From the NCBI GenBank assembly GCA_951812285.1, contig OX638292.1:1387279-1451278 (forward strand): a stretch of DNA of 64,000 bases, given 5' to 3'. Below, one piece after another: positions 9,866-18,250 of the stretch (within the stretch, counting starts at the first letter, position 1; every line of letters begins with the position of its first letter). Under the pieces are notes generated by a model. The model had not been told where the DNA came from, ran no database searches, and worked only from the letters and a program-made list of their open reading frames with translations. The stretch is from an uncultured Dehalococcoidia bacterium (GTDB lineage Bacteria; Chloroflexota; Dehalococcoidia; Lucifugimonadales; UBA1127). The position numbers and the translations under genes are program-made.

Positions 9866-10213
9866 CTACAGCTCCATGATGCGTCGGAGCCACTGGGACA
9901 GGCCTTCCATGTCGCGGCGGGAGAAGGCGCCGAGCTTGCGCAGCAGGTGCGAGGACCGCAGCGTGGTCAAGCGGGCGCGGACGGTGCTCGGGCCCAGCAG
10001 GCCGGCATTCGTCCAGTCCATGACGGCGTAGTCGCCGATACGAGGCGTCGCGCGGCCGTGACCGGTGATGGGAGCGATGATCACCTCGCCGGTGCCGGTG
10101 TTGAAGTAGTCGCCACTGACGACGACCGCCGGACGCCGCTGCGTCGACGTCGGGGAGTTCAGCGGGAAGGGCACCAGGACGACGTCGCCGTGGCGGACGT
10201 TAGATACGGTCAT
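9866..10213 (-). CDS. mazF: PemK/MazF-family type II toxin (mRNA interferase)
   Basis: 115 aa. GDVVLVPFP...RRPAVVVS...IIAPITG layout typical of the MazF/PemK SH3-like fold. Confidence 0.85.
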   Translation of the reverse strand: MTVSNVRHGDVVLVPFPLNSPTSTQRRPAVVVSGDYFNTGTGEVIIAPITGHGRATPRIGDYAVMDWTNAGLLGPSTVRARLTTLRSSHLLRKLGAFSRRDMEGLSQWLRRIMEL

Positions 10214-10622
10214 AGGCGGCGTCCTCCGCGCTGTCCCAGTCGGTGGTGAAGGTCTCGTCGGACGCCGAGACCAGGGCGGAGGCCTCTTCCTGCAGGTTCA
10301 GGTCCTCGACGGCCTTGTGGGTGGCGACGTACAGGTCCTTGCCGTTGGGGCGCGGGAACTTCTCGACATAGCCGGACTTCACCTGCTGGCCGATCCACTG
10401 GTGCGGGGTCTCGTGCTCGTCCAGCAGCGCGAAGAGGCCGCGCTGGTCGAGGCCGCCCGAGGCGTAGAGGCGCGTCAGCAGCTCGCGGCGTCGGCGGTAG
10501 AGGCGCTCCATCGTGTCCTCGGCGGGAGCGCCAAGAAGCTCCTGCAGCTTGTCGATGGTCTCTCTCAGGTTACGGAGGCAAGCAATGATCTGGTCGTTGT
10601 TGTGGGAATTATTGGTAGTCAT
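10200..10622 (-). CDS. putative cognate antitoxin of MazF (atypical, about 140 aa)
   Basis: ATG at 10622 preceded by AGGAG. Its 3' end overlaps the mazF start by 14 nt (10200-10213). Sequence MTTNNSHNNDQIIACLRNLRETIDKLQ... has an acidic C-terminus (TTDWDSAEDAAYDRI). No AbrB/RHH pattern recognised by eye. The track ORF to 10934 is an unlikely extension. Confidence 0.5.
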   Translation of the reverse strand: MTTNNSHNNDQIIACLRNLRETIDKLQELLGAPAEDTMERLYRRRRELLTRLYASGGLDQRGLFALLDEHETPHQWIGQQVKSGYVEKFPRPNGKDLYVATHKAVEDLNLQEEASALVSASDETFTTDWDSAEDAAYDRI

Positions 10623-10668
10623 TTGCTTGGCTCCTGCAAACCAAGAGTAGAGCATTAACACTTGGGGC

Positions 10669-10677
10669 ATTGTAGCA
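10669..10677 (-). promoter_or_regulatory. extended -10 element TGCTACAAT upstream of the antitoxin-mazF operon
   Basis: The minus strand reads TGCTACAAT about 45 nt upstream of the ATG at 10622. It is embedded in the palindrome TTGTAGCAGATACAA (10670-10684). Confidence 0.4.
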
Positions 10678-11005
10678 GATACAAAGTGAAGAGCAAGGGG
10701 GATGATAACACCAGTCTCAGGGCGCGACAAGGAGTCATTTGGAATTGAGATGGTGTCGGGACGGGGTGGGGGGTAGTTGAGATCTTCACGGGACAGCGCT
10801 TGGTGCCGCCTTGCCATCCGGGATTCGGCTACCGCTACAGCCCGGCCTCGCCCAACCATTTGGCCGCAGCAGCGCCCATAGGAAAGCAGGAAGGGCGAAC
10901 ATTCAAATGAGCACGGGGAGCCTCCACTCGTCATACGTTCTGTTGAGCAACTGCCGGAACGTCCTTCGGCGGTAGAAGGTTTGCCGTTGCGTCTCCACTA
11001 CTCGC

Positions 11006-11236
11006 CTACGCGTTGATGAAGTACGCAACCAGACCGGATATGCCCGTCCCCAACAGACCCAGAAGGGCGACCAGCATGGCTATGCCAACGACTCTGATGA
11101 TCCTTAGCTCGCCTTTGACCTCGCGCACCTCGGCCTTGATCTCTCCAATCTGCGCCGTGAGGTCCTGGTGCTGGCGTGCGTTCTCCAGCACGAAGTCACT
11201 GAAGTACCTGGGAACGCTCTGCTCTTGTGTCGTCAT
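11006..11236 (-). CDS. small tail-anchored membrane protein (coiled-coil N-terminus, C-terminal TM)
   Basis: 76 aa: MTTQEQSVPRYFSDFVLENARQHQDL...GELRIIRVVGIAMLVALLGLLGTGISGLVAYFINA. It has a paralog at 13202..13423. Confidence 0.55.
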   Translation of the reverse strand: MTTQEQSVPRYFSDFVLENARQHQDLTAQIGEIKAEVREVKGELRIIRVVGIAMLVALLGLLGTGISGLVAYFINA

Positions 11237-11510
11237 GCTGTGCTCGCCTCAAAGATACACGCGCATTTTCGGGCCTTTATATTGCCGGTGTCAATAGTGT
11301 ACATCCGCAAATTGTTTTCTGAGTAGGGTCATTTAGAGCCCTACTGACTTGCTTTCAGTGATCCCCGCCAATTTCCGAGCGTAATAGGCGCCGTGCAACC
11401 CCTGACACGCGCTCCTTGCACTGACGCTCCCCCCCTCGCTACGCTTTCTCCATGAATGCCGTTGCCGACCCGATCATGAGGGCCGCCGCCCCGTTCTTGG
11501 GCGTCAGTTT

Positions 11511-11645
11511 CAGCTACGAATTGACCTCAAATTCAAATCGTATCTGGAAAACGCGCTATCAGATAGGGTTTGTTTTCCCAATAAGGGGGGAATTGCGTTT
11601 TCCTACTTGGCCAGATACGATTTTCGGGACGCAACCAGATACAGA
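11511..11645. repeat. AT-rich island with a long nested inverted repeat and CAG(A/C)TAC motifs
   Basis: Left arm TCGTATCTGGAAAACGC (11538-11554) pairs with GCGTTTTCC (11595-11603) and CCAGATACGA (11611-11620). Extra motif copies are CAGCTACGAA (11511-11520) and CCAGATACAG (11635-11644). Confidence 0.6.
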
Positions 11646-11717
11646 AGGCTGCGAGGTGCGTGCGTGTGGCAACAATTCCCGTTCTTTCCGGCTCACCGGA
11701 AGAGCGGCTAGGGCCCT

Positions 11718-13088
11718 CTACCCCAGCCGCGACGCCAGTGCTGAGGGAAGCTCCGCGATGGCTACGCGCTCCTGGAGGAGGGTGTCGCGGTTTCGGATGG
11801 TGACCTGGTTGTCGTCCAGCGACTCGAAGTCGACGGTGATGCATAGGGGCGCGCCCACCTCGTCGAAGCGGCGGTAGCGGCGGCCGATGCTCTGGGCGTC
11901 GTCGTACTCGACGCGCCAGCGGCCGTCGTCAACGAGGCCGCTGAAGACCTCGCGTGCCAGGGGCGTCAGGCGAGCGTTGCGGCTGAGGGGCAGCACGGCG
12001 GCCTGCACGGGCGCGATTCGGGGGTGGAATCGCAGCACGACGCGGGCCTCTCCGGCGCCGGCGCCCGCAGCCTCGCCGCCCACCTCCTCCTCGTCGTACG
12101 CGTCCACGAGGAAGGCGAGGGCCGCGCGGTCGACGCCGCTGGCGGGCTCGATCACGTACGGGGTCACGTGCTGGTTGGTGTCATTGTCGAAGTACGTCAG
12201 CCGCGACCCGCTGTGCTCCGAGTGCTGCCGGAGGTCGAAGTCCGTGCGGTTGGCAATGCCCTCGAGTTCGGCCCAACCCCACGGGAAGAGGTACTCGATG
12301 TCCGTAGTGGCCTTGGAGTAGTGTGAGAGCTCGTCGGCATCGTGCGGGCGAATCCGCAGGTTCTCCTCGCGGATGCCATGCCGCACGTACCAGTCCAGCC
12401 GCTCGCGTATCCAGAAGTCGTGCCACTCGTCGTCCTCGCCGGGCTGCACGAAGAACTCCATCTCCATCTGCTCGAACTCGCGGGTGCGAAAGATGAAATT
12501 TCCGGGAGTGATTTCATTGCGGAAGGACTTTCCTATCTGGGCAATGCCAAATGGCAGCTTCTTGCGGGTTGCGGTCTGCACGTTCAGGAAGTTCACAAAC
12601 ATGCCCTGCGCAGTCTCAGGGCGCATGTACACGGTGCTCGCCGTGTCCTCGACTGCGCCAAGGAAGGTCTTAAGCATCAGGTTGAACTGGCGCGCGTCGC
12701 CGAGCGCACCGCCGCAGTCCGGGCACGTCGACGACTCGACGTGGTCCGCGCGGAAGCGGTGGTGGCAGGCGCGGCACTCGACGAGGGGGTCTGTGAAGCC
12801 CGCGAGGTGCCCGGAGGCCTCCCATACGGCGGGGTTCATCATGATGGCGGCCTCCAGCCCGACGACGTCCTCCCGCCGCCGCACGACGTCGCGCCACCAG
12901 GCCTCCTTCACGTTGCGCTTGAGCTCGACGCCCATGGGGCCGTAGTCCCAGGCGTTGGCAAGGCCGCCGTAGATCTCGCTGCCGGGGAATACGAAGCCCC
13001 GCCGCTTGCAGAGCGACACGATCTTGTCCATGGTCACAGCACGAGGGTCATCGGACACGGGAACCTCCGGGGGGACAAATGTGGGCAC
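11718..13088 (-). CDS. glyQS: glycine--tRNA ligase (homodimeric class II type)
   Basis: MDKIVSLCKRRGFVFPGSEIYGGLANAWDYGPMGVELKRN is the canonical GlyRS N-terminus. The true start is probably the internal GTG about 5 nt after GGAGG (near 13058) or the ATG at 13031, rather than 13088. Confidence 0.92.
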   Translation of the reverse strand: MPTFVPPEVPVSDDPRAVTMDKIVSLCKRRGFVFPGSEIYGGLANAWDYGPMGVELKRNVKEAWWRDVVRRREDVVGLEAAIMMNPAVWEASGHLAGFTDPLVECRACHHRFRADHVESSTCPDCGGALGDARQFNLMLKTFLGAVEDTASTVYMRPETAQGMFVNFLNVQTATRKKLPFGIAQIGKSFRNEITPGNFIFRTREFEQMEMEFFVQPGEDDEWHDFWIRERLDWYVRHGIREENLRIRPHDADELSHYSKATTDIEYLFPWGWAELEGIANRTDFDLRQHSEHSGSRLTYFDNDTNQHVTPYVIEPASGVDRAALAFLVDAYDEEEVGGEAAGAGAGEARVVLRFHPRIAPVQAAVLPLSRNARLTPLAREVFSGLVDDGRWRVEYDDAQSIGRRYRRFDEVGAPLCITVDFESLDDNQVTIRNRDTLLQERVAIAELPSALASRLG

Positions 13089-13201
13089 GGGGCCAGAAAA
13101 AGCGTAGCAACGACCGGGGGCGGTGTAAAGCGAGGGAGCAACCGCCCGCGGTGCCTGGCGCTCACTTGCGGGCTCAAGGGGAATAGTGAGAGGAGGTGAA
13201 A

Positions 13202-13423
13202 CTAAAGCCCGAAAACGTACTTGATCGCTGCAACCGCCACCATGGCTGCAATTGCAACCGTAAGCCCCTTGATGATGCGGAGCTCGCCTTCCACGCCACT
13301 GATGCGGTCGCCTAGGCTTGCCTGAACTCCGCTAATGCGGTCGGACAGCTCCTGGTGCTGGCGCGCATTCTCCTGCACGAAGTCTGCGAAGTACTGTGGG
13401 ACGCCCTAATCGCGGGTGGTCAT
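13202..13423 (-). pseudogene. paralog of the 11006..11236 small protein, interrupted by an in-frame TAG at codon 6
   Basis: My translation: MTTRD*GVPQYFADFVQENARQHQELSDRISGV...GELRIIKGLTVAIAAMVAVAAIKYVFGL. The TAG (13408-13406) sits where the paralog has Gln (CAG). RBS GGGAG upstream of the ATG at 13423. Confidence 0.55.
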
Positions 13424-13604
13424 TCCGGCTCCCAATAGAATATGGCTCAATTGTGCATGGTATTGATGCGTCAGTCAACCTTTGCAGTTGGTCACTTATC
13501 GCGATTCGTCCACATGGCGTGAGTGGGGCACACATGCAGAATGGCCTCAGAGTGACCCGCAATTGCGGTCTTCGCGCACCGCACGAGCGAGGGGAGCATG
13601 GGAG

Positions 13605-13613
13605 TGCTACGAT
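13605..13613 (+). promoter_or_regulatory. extended -10 element TGCTACGAT upstream of the ABC transporter operon
   Basis: TGCTACGAT lies about 40 nt upstream of GTG 13654. The alternative ATG at 13612 sits inside this element, which argues for the downstream start. Confidence 0.35.
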
Positions 13614-13653
13614 GCTTTGGTTGCAGGGGAGAACTCCCATATGGGGGAACGCA

Positions 13654-14547
13654 GTGGGTAATGCAATCGAGACACGGGGGCTGACCAAGTACTACGGCAA
13701 GAGCCGCGGCGTGGTGGGCCTCGACCTTGAGGTGCGCGAGGGCGAGGTCTTCGGGTTCCTTGGGCCCAACGGCGCGGGCAAAACGACGACCATCCGGCTT
13801 CTGTTAAACCTGTTGCAGCCAACCAGCGGCAGCGCATCGGTGCTTGGCAAGGACGCGGCTGCCGAGTCCCTGGCCGTGCGGCGCGCGTGCGGCGTCGTGT
13901 CCAGCGATTCCGCCTTCTACGAGAGCCTGTCCGGCCGGGCGCACCTGGCGCTCATGCAAAGCCACCACAACGGCGGTGAGCACCGCGGCGACGAGATCGC
14001 GGAGCGCATCGGGCTGGACCTCGACCGGCCGGTGAAGCACTACTCGCACGGGAACCGGCAGAAGCTGGCCATCGTGCAGGCGCTCGCCCACAGTCCGCAG
14101 GTGCTCATATTGGACGAGCCGACGTCCGGGCTCGACCCACTGGTGCAGCAGGAGTTTTTCAGGATGTTGCTTGAAGAGCGTGACCGGGGCGTGACGGTGT
14201 TCTTCTCCTCACACGTCCTCAGCGAGGTTGATCGGCTGTGCGACCGAGTCGGCATCATCCGGGATGGTGTGCTCGTAGCGACGCTGGACGTGGAAGAGCT
14301 CCACCGACAGCAGGTGCGCCGTATGGAAGTCACCCTGTCGCGAGATACGACACCGGAGGACTTCGTATTGCACGGCGTCACTGTCGTCGGGTGCGAGGGG
14401 CGCCGCGCGGAGCTGCAGGTGGCGGGGCACGTCGGCGCGCTCATCGGTCACCTCTCCACGCTGCCCATTGAGGACGTCGTCTTCCCGGAGGCGAGCATGG
14501 AGGACACCTTCACGCGCTTCTACGCCGACGACGGGGGTGAAGCATGA
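13654..14547 (+). CDS. ABC transporter ATP-binding protein (ABC-2/DrrA-like)
   Basis: Walker A GPNGAGKTTT, signature region YSHGNRQKL, and Walker B LILDEPTSGLD. GTG 13654 is preceded by GGGGGAA. The track ORF from 13396 is an extension over the promoter region. Confidence 0.88.
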   Translation: MGNAIETRGLTKYYGKSRGVVGLDLEVREGEVFGFLGPNGAGKTTTIRLLLNLLQPTSGSASVLGKDAAAESLAVRRACGVVSSDSAFYESLSGRAHLALMQSHHNGGEHRGDEIAERIGLDLDRPVKHYSHGNRQKLAIVQALAHSPQVLILDEPTSGLDPLVQQEFFRMLLEERDRGVTVFFSSHVLSEVDRLCDRVGIIRDGVLVATLDVEELHRQQVRRMEVTLSRDTTPEDFVLHGVTVVGCEGRRAELQVAGHVGALIGHLSTLPIEDVVFPEASMEDTFTRFYADDGGEA

Positions 14548-15374
14548 GCGCTTCCATCTACCGCAATGTCCTAACGCTGGCGAGGGTCGGCGTGGTTTCG
14601 TGGAGCGTGGTCCTGGTGCTCTGGGCGCTGCTGGTGGTCTGGATCTACCCGTCGCTGGGCAATACCGGGGTCAATTTTGAGGAGTACCTGGACGCAATGC
14701 CCGAGCAATTGAAGGCTGCCATGGGCGTCGGGGGGCCAGACGAGTCCGCTTTGATCTTTCAGGCCGGGGCGTTCACCTACGTGGGATACCTGAACATCGA
14801 GTACATCTCCTGGCTGCCGCTGCTGCTGGGCATCTATGCGGTGGTGTACTGCGGCGGGCTGGTGTCCAAGGAAGTGGAGCGCGGGACGCTGGACGTGGTG
14901 CTGTCGCAGCCGGTGGTGCGGACGACATTTCTGCTGAGCAAGCTTGCTGGGTTCATGACGCTCGCTTTGGCAGCTACGGCGTTTTCTGCGGTTGCGGTCC
15001 TTCTGGGCGGGCTCACCATTGGCGAGGACGCGGACGTCGTCAACGTGCTCGCTGTGCATGCCGTGTCCTTCCTACTGGTGGCTGCTATTGCAGGCTACTC
15101 GACGCTGGCGTCCTGCGTGTCGCTGGACCCGGGGCGCTCGTTGGCAGTGTCCGGCGTTCTTACTGCGCTTACCTATTTCGCGAACGTGCTGGGATCGGCC
15201 ATTGAAGCTGTGGGATGGGTGAAGTACGGTTCCCTCTTCTATTACTATGACTCGCTGCGGGTGCTTGCCGAGGGTGCGGTCAACTGGGCGGGCATCGCAG
15301 TCTACGTGGGCGTGTTCGCCGCTATGACCTCGGCGGCGGTGCTGGTGTTTCGCCGGAAGGACCTGGTGCGGTAG
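14544..15374 (+). CDS. ABC-2 type transporter permease
   Basis: 276 aa with about 6 TM segments. 4-nt overlap with the ATPase stop. Confidence 0.8.
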   Translation: MSASIYRNVLTLARVGVVSWSVVLVLWALLVVWIYPSLGNTGVNFEEYLDAMPEQLKAAMGVGGPDESALIFQAGAFTYVGYLNIEYISWLPLLLGIYAVVYCGGLVSKEVERGTLDVVLSQPVVRTTFLLSKLAGFMTLALAATAFSAVAVLLGGLTIGEDADVVNVLAVHAVSFLLVAAIAGYSTLASCVSLDPGRSLAVSGVLTALTYFANVLGSAIEAVGWVKYGSLFYYYDSLRVLAEGAVNWAGIAVYVGVFAAMTSAAVLVFRRKDLVR

Positions 15375-15378
15375 CCGG

Positions 15379-15759
15379 TCAATCAGCCGGGATGTCCTCG
15401 GTTACCACATTCTCCAGGTGTGTGACGCGCGACACCTGCCCTCGCGCGTTCATGGTGATGGCTACCAGGTCTATGCGCCACGGCACGTCGAGGTTGTGCT
15501 GCTGGAGGTAGTGGTAGGCCGTCGCGGTCAGGCGCCGGCGCTTGGCGGCGGTGACGGACTCTTCCGGCGTACCGAAGGCGCTGCTCCGCTTGGTGCGCAC
15601 CTCCACGAAGACGACCGTGTCCTCGCTATCCATCACGAGGTCAACCTCGCCCCAGCGACAGCGGTAATTGGCCTCCCGCAGCTCGTAGCCGAGCTCTTCC
15701 AGGTGGCGCTGGGCGATGCCCTCCCCCGCTGTGCCGAGCTTGGTGCGGCTGCTAGGCAA
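15379..15759 (-). CDS. yraN: YraN-family (UPF0102) endonuclease-like protein
   Basis: GEGIAQRHLEELGYELREANYRCRWGEVDLV...VVFVEVRTKR is typical of the YraN family. The likely TTG start at 15759 overlaps the rnhB stop (TTGCCTAG). The longer track ORF overlaps rnhB. Confidence 0.72.
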   Translation of the reverse strand: MPSSRTKLGTAGEGIAQRHLEELGYELREANYRCRWGEVDLVMDSEDTVVFVEVRTKRSSAFGTPEESVTAAKRRRLTATAYHYLQQHNLDVPWRIDLVAITMNARGQVSRVTHLENVVTEDIPAD

Positions 15760-16387
15760 CCTCGGCCTCAAGCAGGCGGCGGACTGGGGCGAAGCTGCGC
15801 CGGTGGAGGGGCGTGGGGCCGAGGCGTTCAAGGGCGGCCAGGTGCCCGGCTGTCCCGTAGCCCTTGTGACGGGCAAGGCCGTAGCCGGGGTACTGCGCGT
15901 CTAGGTCTTCCATGAGGGCGTCGCGGGCGACCTTGGCGACTATGGACGCGGCGGCGATGGAGCAGCAGAGGGCGTCGCCGTGGATGATGGGACGGCATGA
16001 GAGGCCGTCGCAGTCGAGGGCCACAGCGTCTACGAGGAGGTGGTCGGCGGGGGCGGGAAGCTGGCGGATGGCGCGGGTCATGGCGGCCATCGTGGCGGCA
16101 ACGATGCCCAGGGCATCGATCTCCTGTGGGCTTGCGCTGCCGAGGGCCACACCGTCGGCGAGGCGGCGGATCTGGGGGGCGAGGCGCTCGCGGGCGGCCG
16201 CGGTTAGTTGCTTGGAGTCTCGCAAGCCGGGGAGCCGCCGAGCGTTGAAGGACTTCGGGAAGACTACGGCCGCAGCAACTACGGGGCCGGCGAGGGGGCC
16301 GCGGCCGACCTCGTCAACGCCGGCTACGCGCAGGTAGCCCTGCTTCCAGAGGAGGCGTTCGGCTGACCAGTCCGGCTTGGTGGGCAT
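15752..16387 (-). CDS. rnhB: ribonuclease HII
   Basis: 211 aa. VAGVDEVGRGPLAGPVVAAAV and DSKQL motifs. Confidence 0.9.
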   Translation of the reverse strand: MPTKPDWSAERLLWKQGYLRVAGVDEVGRGPLAGPVVAAAVVFPKSFNARRLPGLRDSKQLTAAARERLAPQIRRLADGVALGSASPQEIDALGIVAATMAAMTRAIRQLPAPADHLLVDAVALDCDGLSCRPIIHGDALCCSIAAASIVAKVARDALMEDLDAQYPGYGLARHKGYGTAGHLAALERLGPTPLHRRSFAPVRRLLEAEVA

Positions 16388-16390
16388 GGG

Positions 16391-16924
16391 CTAGGCGCCC
16401 GCCGCTACCTTCTGCAGCCCTACAATGTAATCCATCTGCTGCTGGTGGCCGAACTCGTGGGTGATCATGGAGCGCAGGTAGGTTGCCTTGACCCACTCAG
16501 GGCGCTCTGAATTGGGGACGTCTTCCAAGGTATCAGGGTCGATGCCGCGGACCATGTCCATGGCTCGGCTGCGGACCTTCTCGCCGTAGGCCAGCAGCTC
16601 CTCCAGCGGGGGCACGTCGAAGGCGCCAACCTCGTCCGATGTCCAGCTATTGCCGGTCGTGAGGTTTGCGCGCTCGCCGGTGATGGTGCCGGGCAGCTTC
16701 CAGGCGGTGTTCCAGCCGTCGGCGGTGTAGGTCTCTTCCTCGCCCGTAAGCATGCGCACGTAGCGGTCCTCTGTGCGGAAGACGTGCCAGATGAGGAAGC
16801 CGACGGGGTTGGCCTCCTGGCCAGCGCGCCAGGTGAGCTGCTCGCGGTCGAGGTTGGATACGAGGGAGAGGGTTGCGTTCCTCGACTGGGTCGCGGCCAT
16901 TTCAATGAAATTTATGGCGTTCAT
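16391..16924 (-). CDS. DinB-family protein
   Basis: 177 aa with a four-helix-bundle-like pattern and His residues (IWHVFRTEDRY..., ITHEFGHQQQ) typical of the DinB/DinB_2 superfamily. Confidence 0.7.
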   Translation of the reverse strand: MNAINFIEMAATQSRNATLSLVSNLDREQLTWRAGQEANPVGFLIWHVFRTEDRYVRMLTGEEETYTADGWNTAWKLPGTITGERANLTTGNSWTSDEVGAFDVPPLEELLAYGEKVRSRAMDMVRGIDPDTLEDVPNSERPEWVKATYLRSMITHEFGHQQQMDYIVGLQKVAAGA

Positions 16925-16933
16925 TGCACGTCC

Positions 16934-18061
16934 TTACGCTGGAGTAAGGGTGGGCTGCGTGGGTGTACCGGCGTCGCTGGACAGTGGGCCGGCGATGAAG
17001 CCGCCGCCCAGCAGCTCGTCCCCCGCGTAGAATACCGCAGCCTGACCGGGCGTGACTGCACGCTGGGGGGCGGAAAACCAGACGTTTGCGCCTCGCTCCG
17101 TGGGCTCGACTATGGCGGGCGACTCGGCGGCCTTGTAGCGGATCTTGACCGTGGCCTCCACCGGGCCGTCGGGCGGCGTGCCCTTCACCCAGTTGACGCC
17201 CTCGGCGGCGAGGCCGGGGGCGTAGAGGGCGGACTCGGGGCCGACGACGACCCTGCGGGCCTCCGGCTCGAGGCGGACGACGTAGAGGGGGGCGTCGCTG
17301 GCGATGCCTATGCCGCGACGCTGGCCGACGGTGTAGCGGTCGACGCCTTGGTGTGCGCCGATGACCTCGCCGTCCACGTTCACGATCTCGCCGGGTGTTG
17401 CCTCGCGGTGCAAGGTGAGGAACTGGCGGTAGTCGCCGGCTGGGATGAAGCAGATGTCCTGGCTGTCCGGCTTATCGGCGACGCCGAGGCCAGCCTCCCG
17501 CGCAAGATCGCGCAACTCCGACTTGGCGTAATCGCCTACGGGGAGCAACAGGCGCTGGAGCTGGTCCTGGCGCAGGCCGAAGAGGACGTATGACTGGTCC
17601 TTGGTGGGGTCAACGGCCTTGAGTAGCCGCACGCTCCCGTTGGCGTCGCGCTGCGCCCGGGCGTAGTGGCCGGTGGCAATGGCGTCCGCGTCCATGGCAA
17701 GGGCGCGGTCGAGGAGGAAGCTGAACTTGATCATGTCGTTGCAGGCGATGCAGGGGTGGGGCGTGCGGCCCCGCTCGTACTCGGCGAGGAAGTGGTCGAT
17801 GACGGCGGAGCGGAATTCGCGCTCGGCGTTGATGACATAATGGCGGGCGCCGATGGCGGCGCACACGCGGCGGGCGTCGTCGATATCCTCGAGGGTGCAG
17901 CAGCCACGGCTGAGGGGCGCGACGTCAGAGCGCTCCTCCGCGTAGAGGCGGAGCGTGACGCCGATGACCTCGTAGCCCTGGCGGGCGAGCAGGAGCGCGG
18001 CGACCGAGGAATCGACGCCACCGCTCATAGCGACGACGACGCGGCCGGGGGATGTCGACAT
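16934..18061 (-). CDS. mnmA: tRNA 2-thiouridine(34) synthase
   Basis: ATG at 18061 is preceded by AGGAGG. PP-loop VVVAMSGGVDSSVAA and overall MnmA layout. The track ORF to 18205 is an extension. Confidence 0.92.
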   Translation of the reverse strand: MSTSPGRVVVAMSGGVDSSVAALLLARQGYEVIGVTLRLYAEERSDVAPLSRGCCTLEDIDDARRVCAAIGARHYVINAEREFRSAVIDHFLAEYERGRTPHPCIACNDMIKFSFLLDRALAMDADAIATGHYARAQRDANGSVRLLKAVDPTKDQSYVLFGLRQDQLQRLLLPVGDYAKSELRDLAREAGLGVADKPDSQDICFIPAGDYRQFLTLHREATPGEIVNVDGEVIGAHQGVDRYTVGQRRGIGIASDAPLYVVRLEPEARRVVVGPESALYAPGLAAEGVNWVKGTPPDGPVEATVKIRYKAAESPAIVEPTERGANVWFSAPQRAVTPGQAAVFYAGDELLGGGFIAGPLSSDAGTPTQPTLTPA

Positions 18062-18151
18062 GGGGAATCCTCCTATGTCGAGGGTACCATAGGCAAATGG
18101 GGGCGGGAAGGGACGCGCCGGCGACCCACCGCAGAGGCAATTGTCACCCCA

Positions 18152-18250
18152 CCCCGTAGCTGCGGCAGGTTGTTTCTTGTTCGTTTTGTAGCTGCGGTTG
18201 CACATTGCAGATACAAGTCAATAATTTTCTCTTCTGGGGGGAGCAACTCC
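18152..18250. repeat. AT-rich intergenic element, copy 1 (homologous to 25346..25452)
   Basis: CCCCGTAGCTGCGGC..AGGTTGTTTC..TTTTGTAGCTGCGGTTGCACATTGCAGATACAAG..TTTTCT..GCAACTCC. It contains a direct repeat of GTAGCTGCGG and the inverted repeat TTGTAGCTGC/GCAGATACAA. Confidence 0.6.

Noticed and set aside
10623-10934. N-terminal extension of the antitoxin ORF (244-aa version)
   Set aside because: The extension crosses an AT-rich promoter-like region, has Cys/Pro/Arg-rich non-protein-like sequence and lacks an RBS. The internal ATG at 10622 has AGGAG upstream and an extended -10 box 45 nt upstream.
13089-13201. T-box leader upstream of glyQS
   Set aside because: There is a GGCACCGCGGG stretch and a following hairpin (CCGCGGGCGG/CCGCCCCCGG) that weakly resemble the T-box/terminator region. 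But 113 nt leaves no room for a Stem I with a specifier loop, the T-box 14-mer is poorly matched, and no adjacent U-tract is present. An Rfam T-box covariance-model hit above threshold would reverse this.
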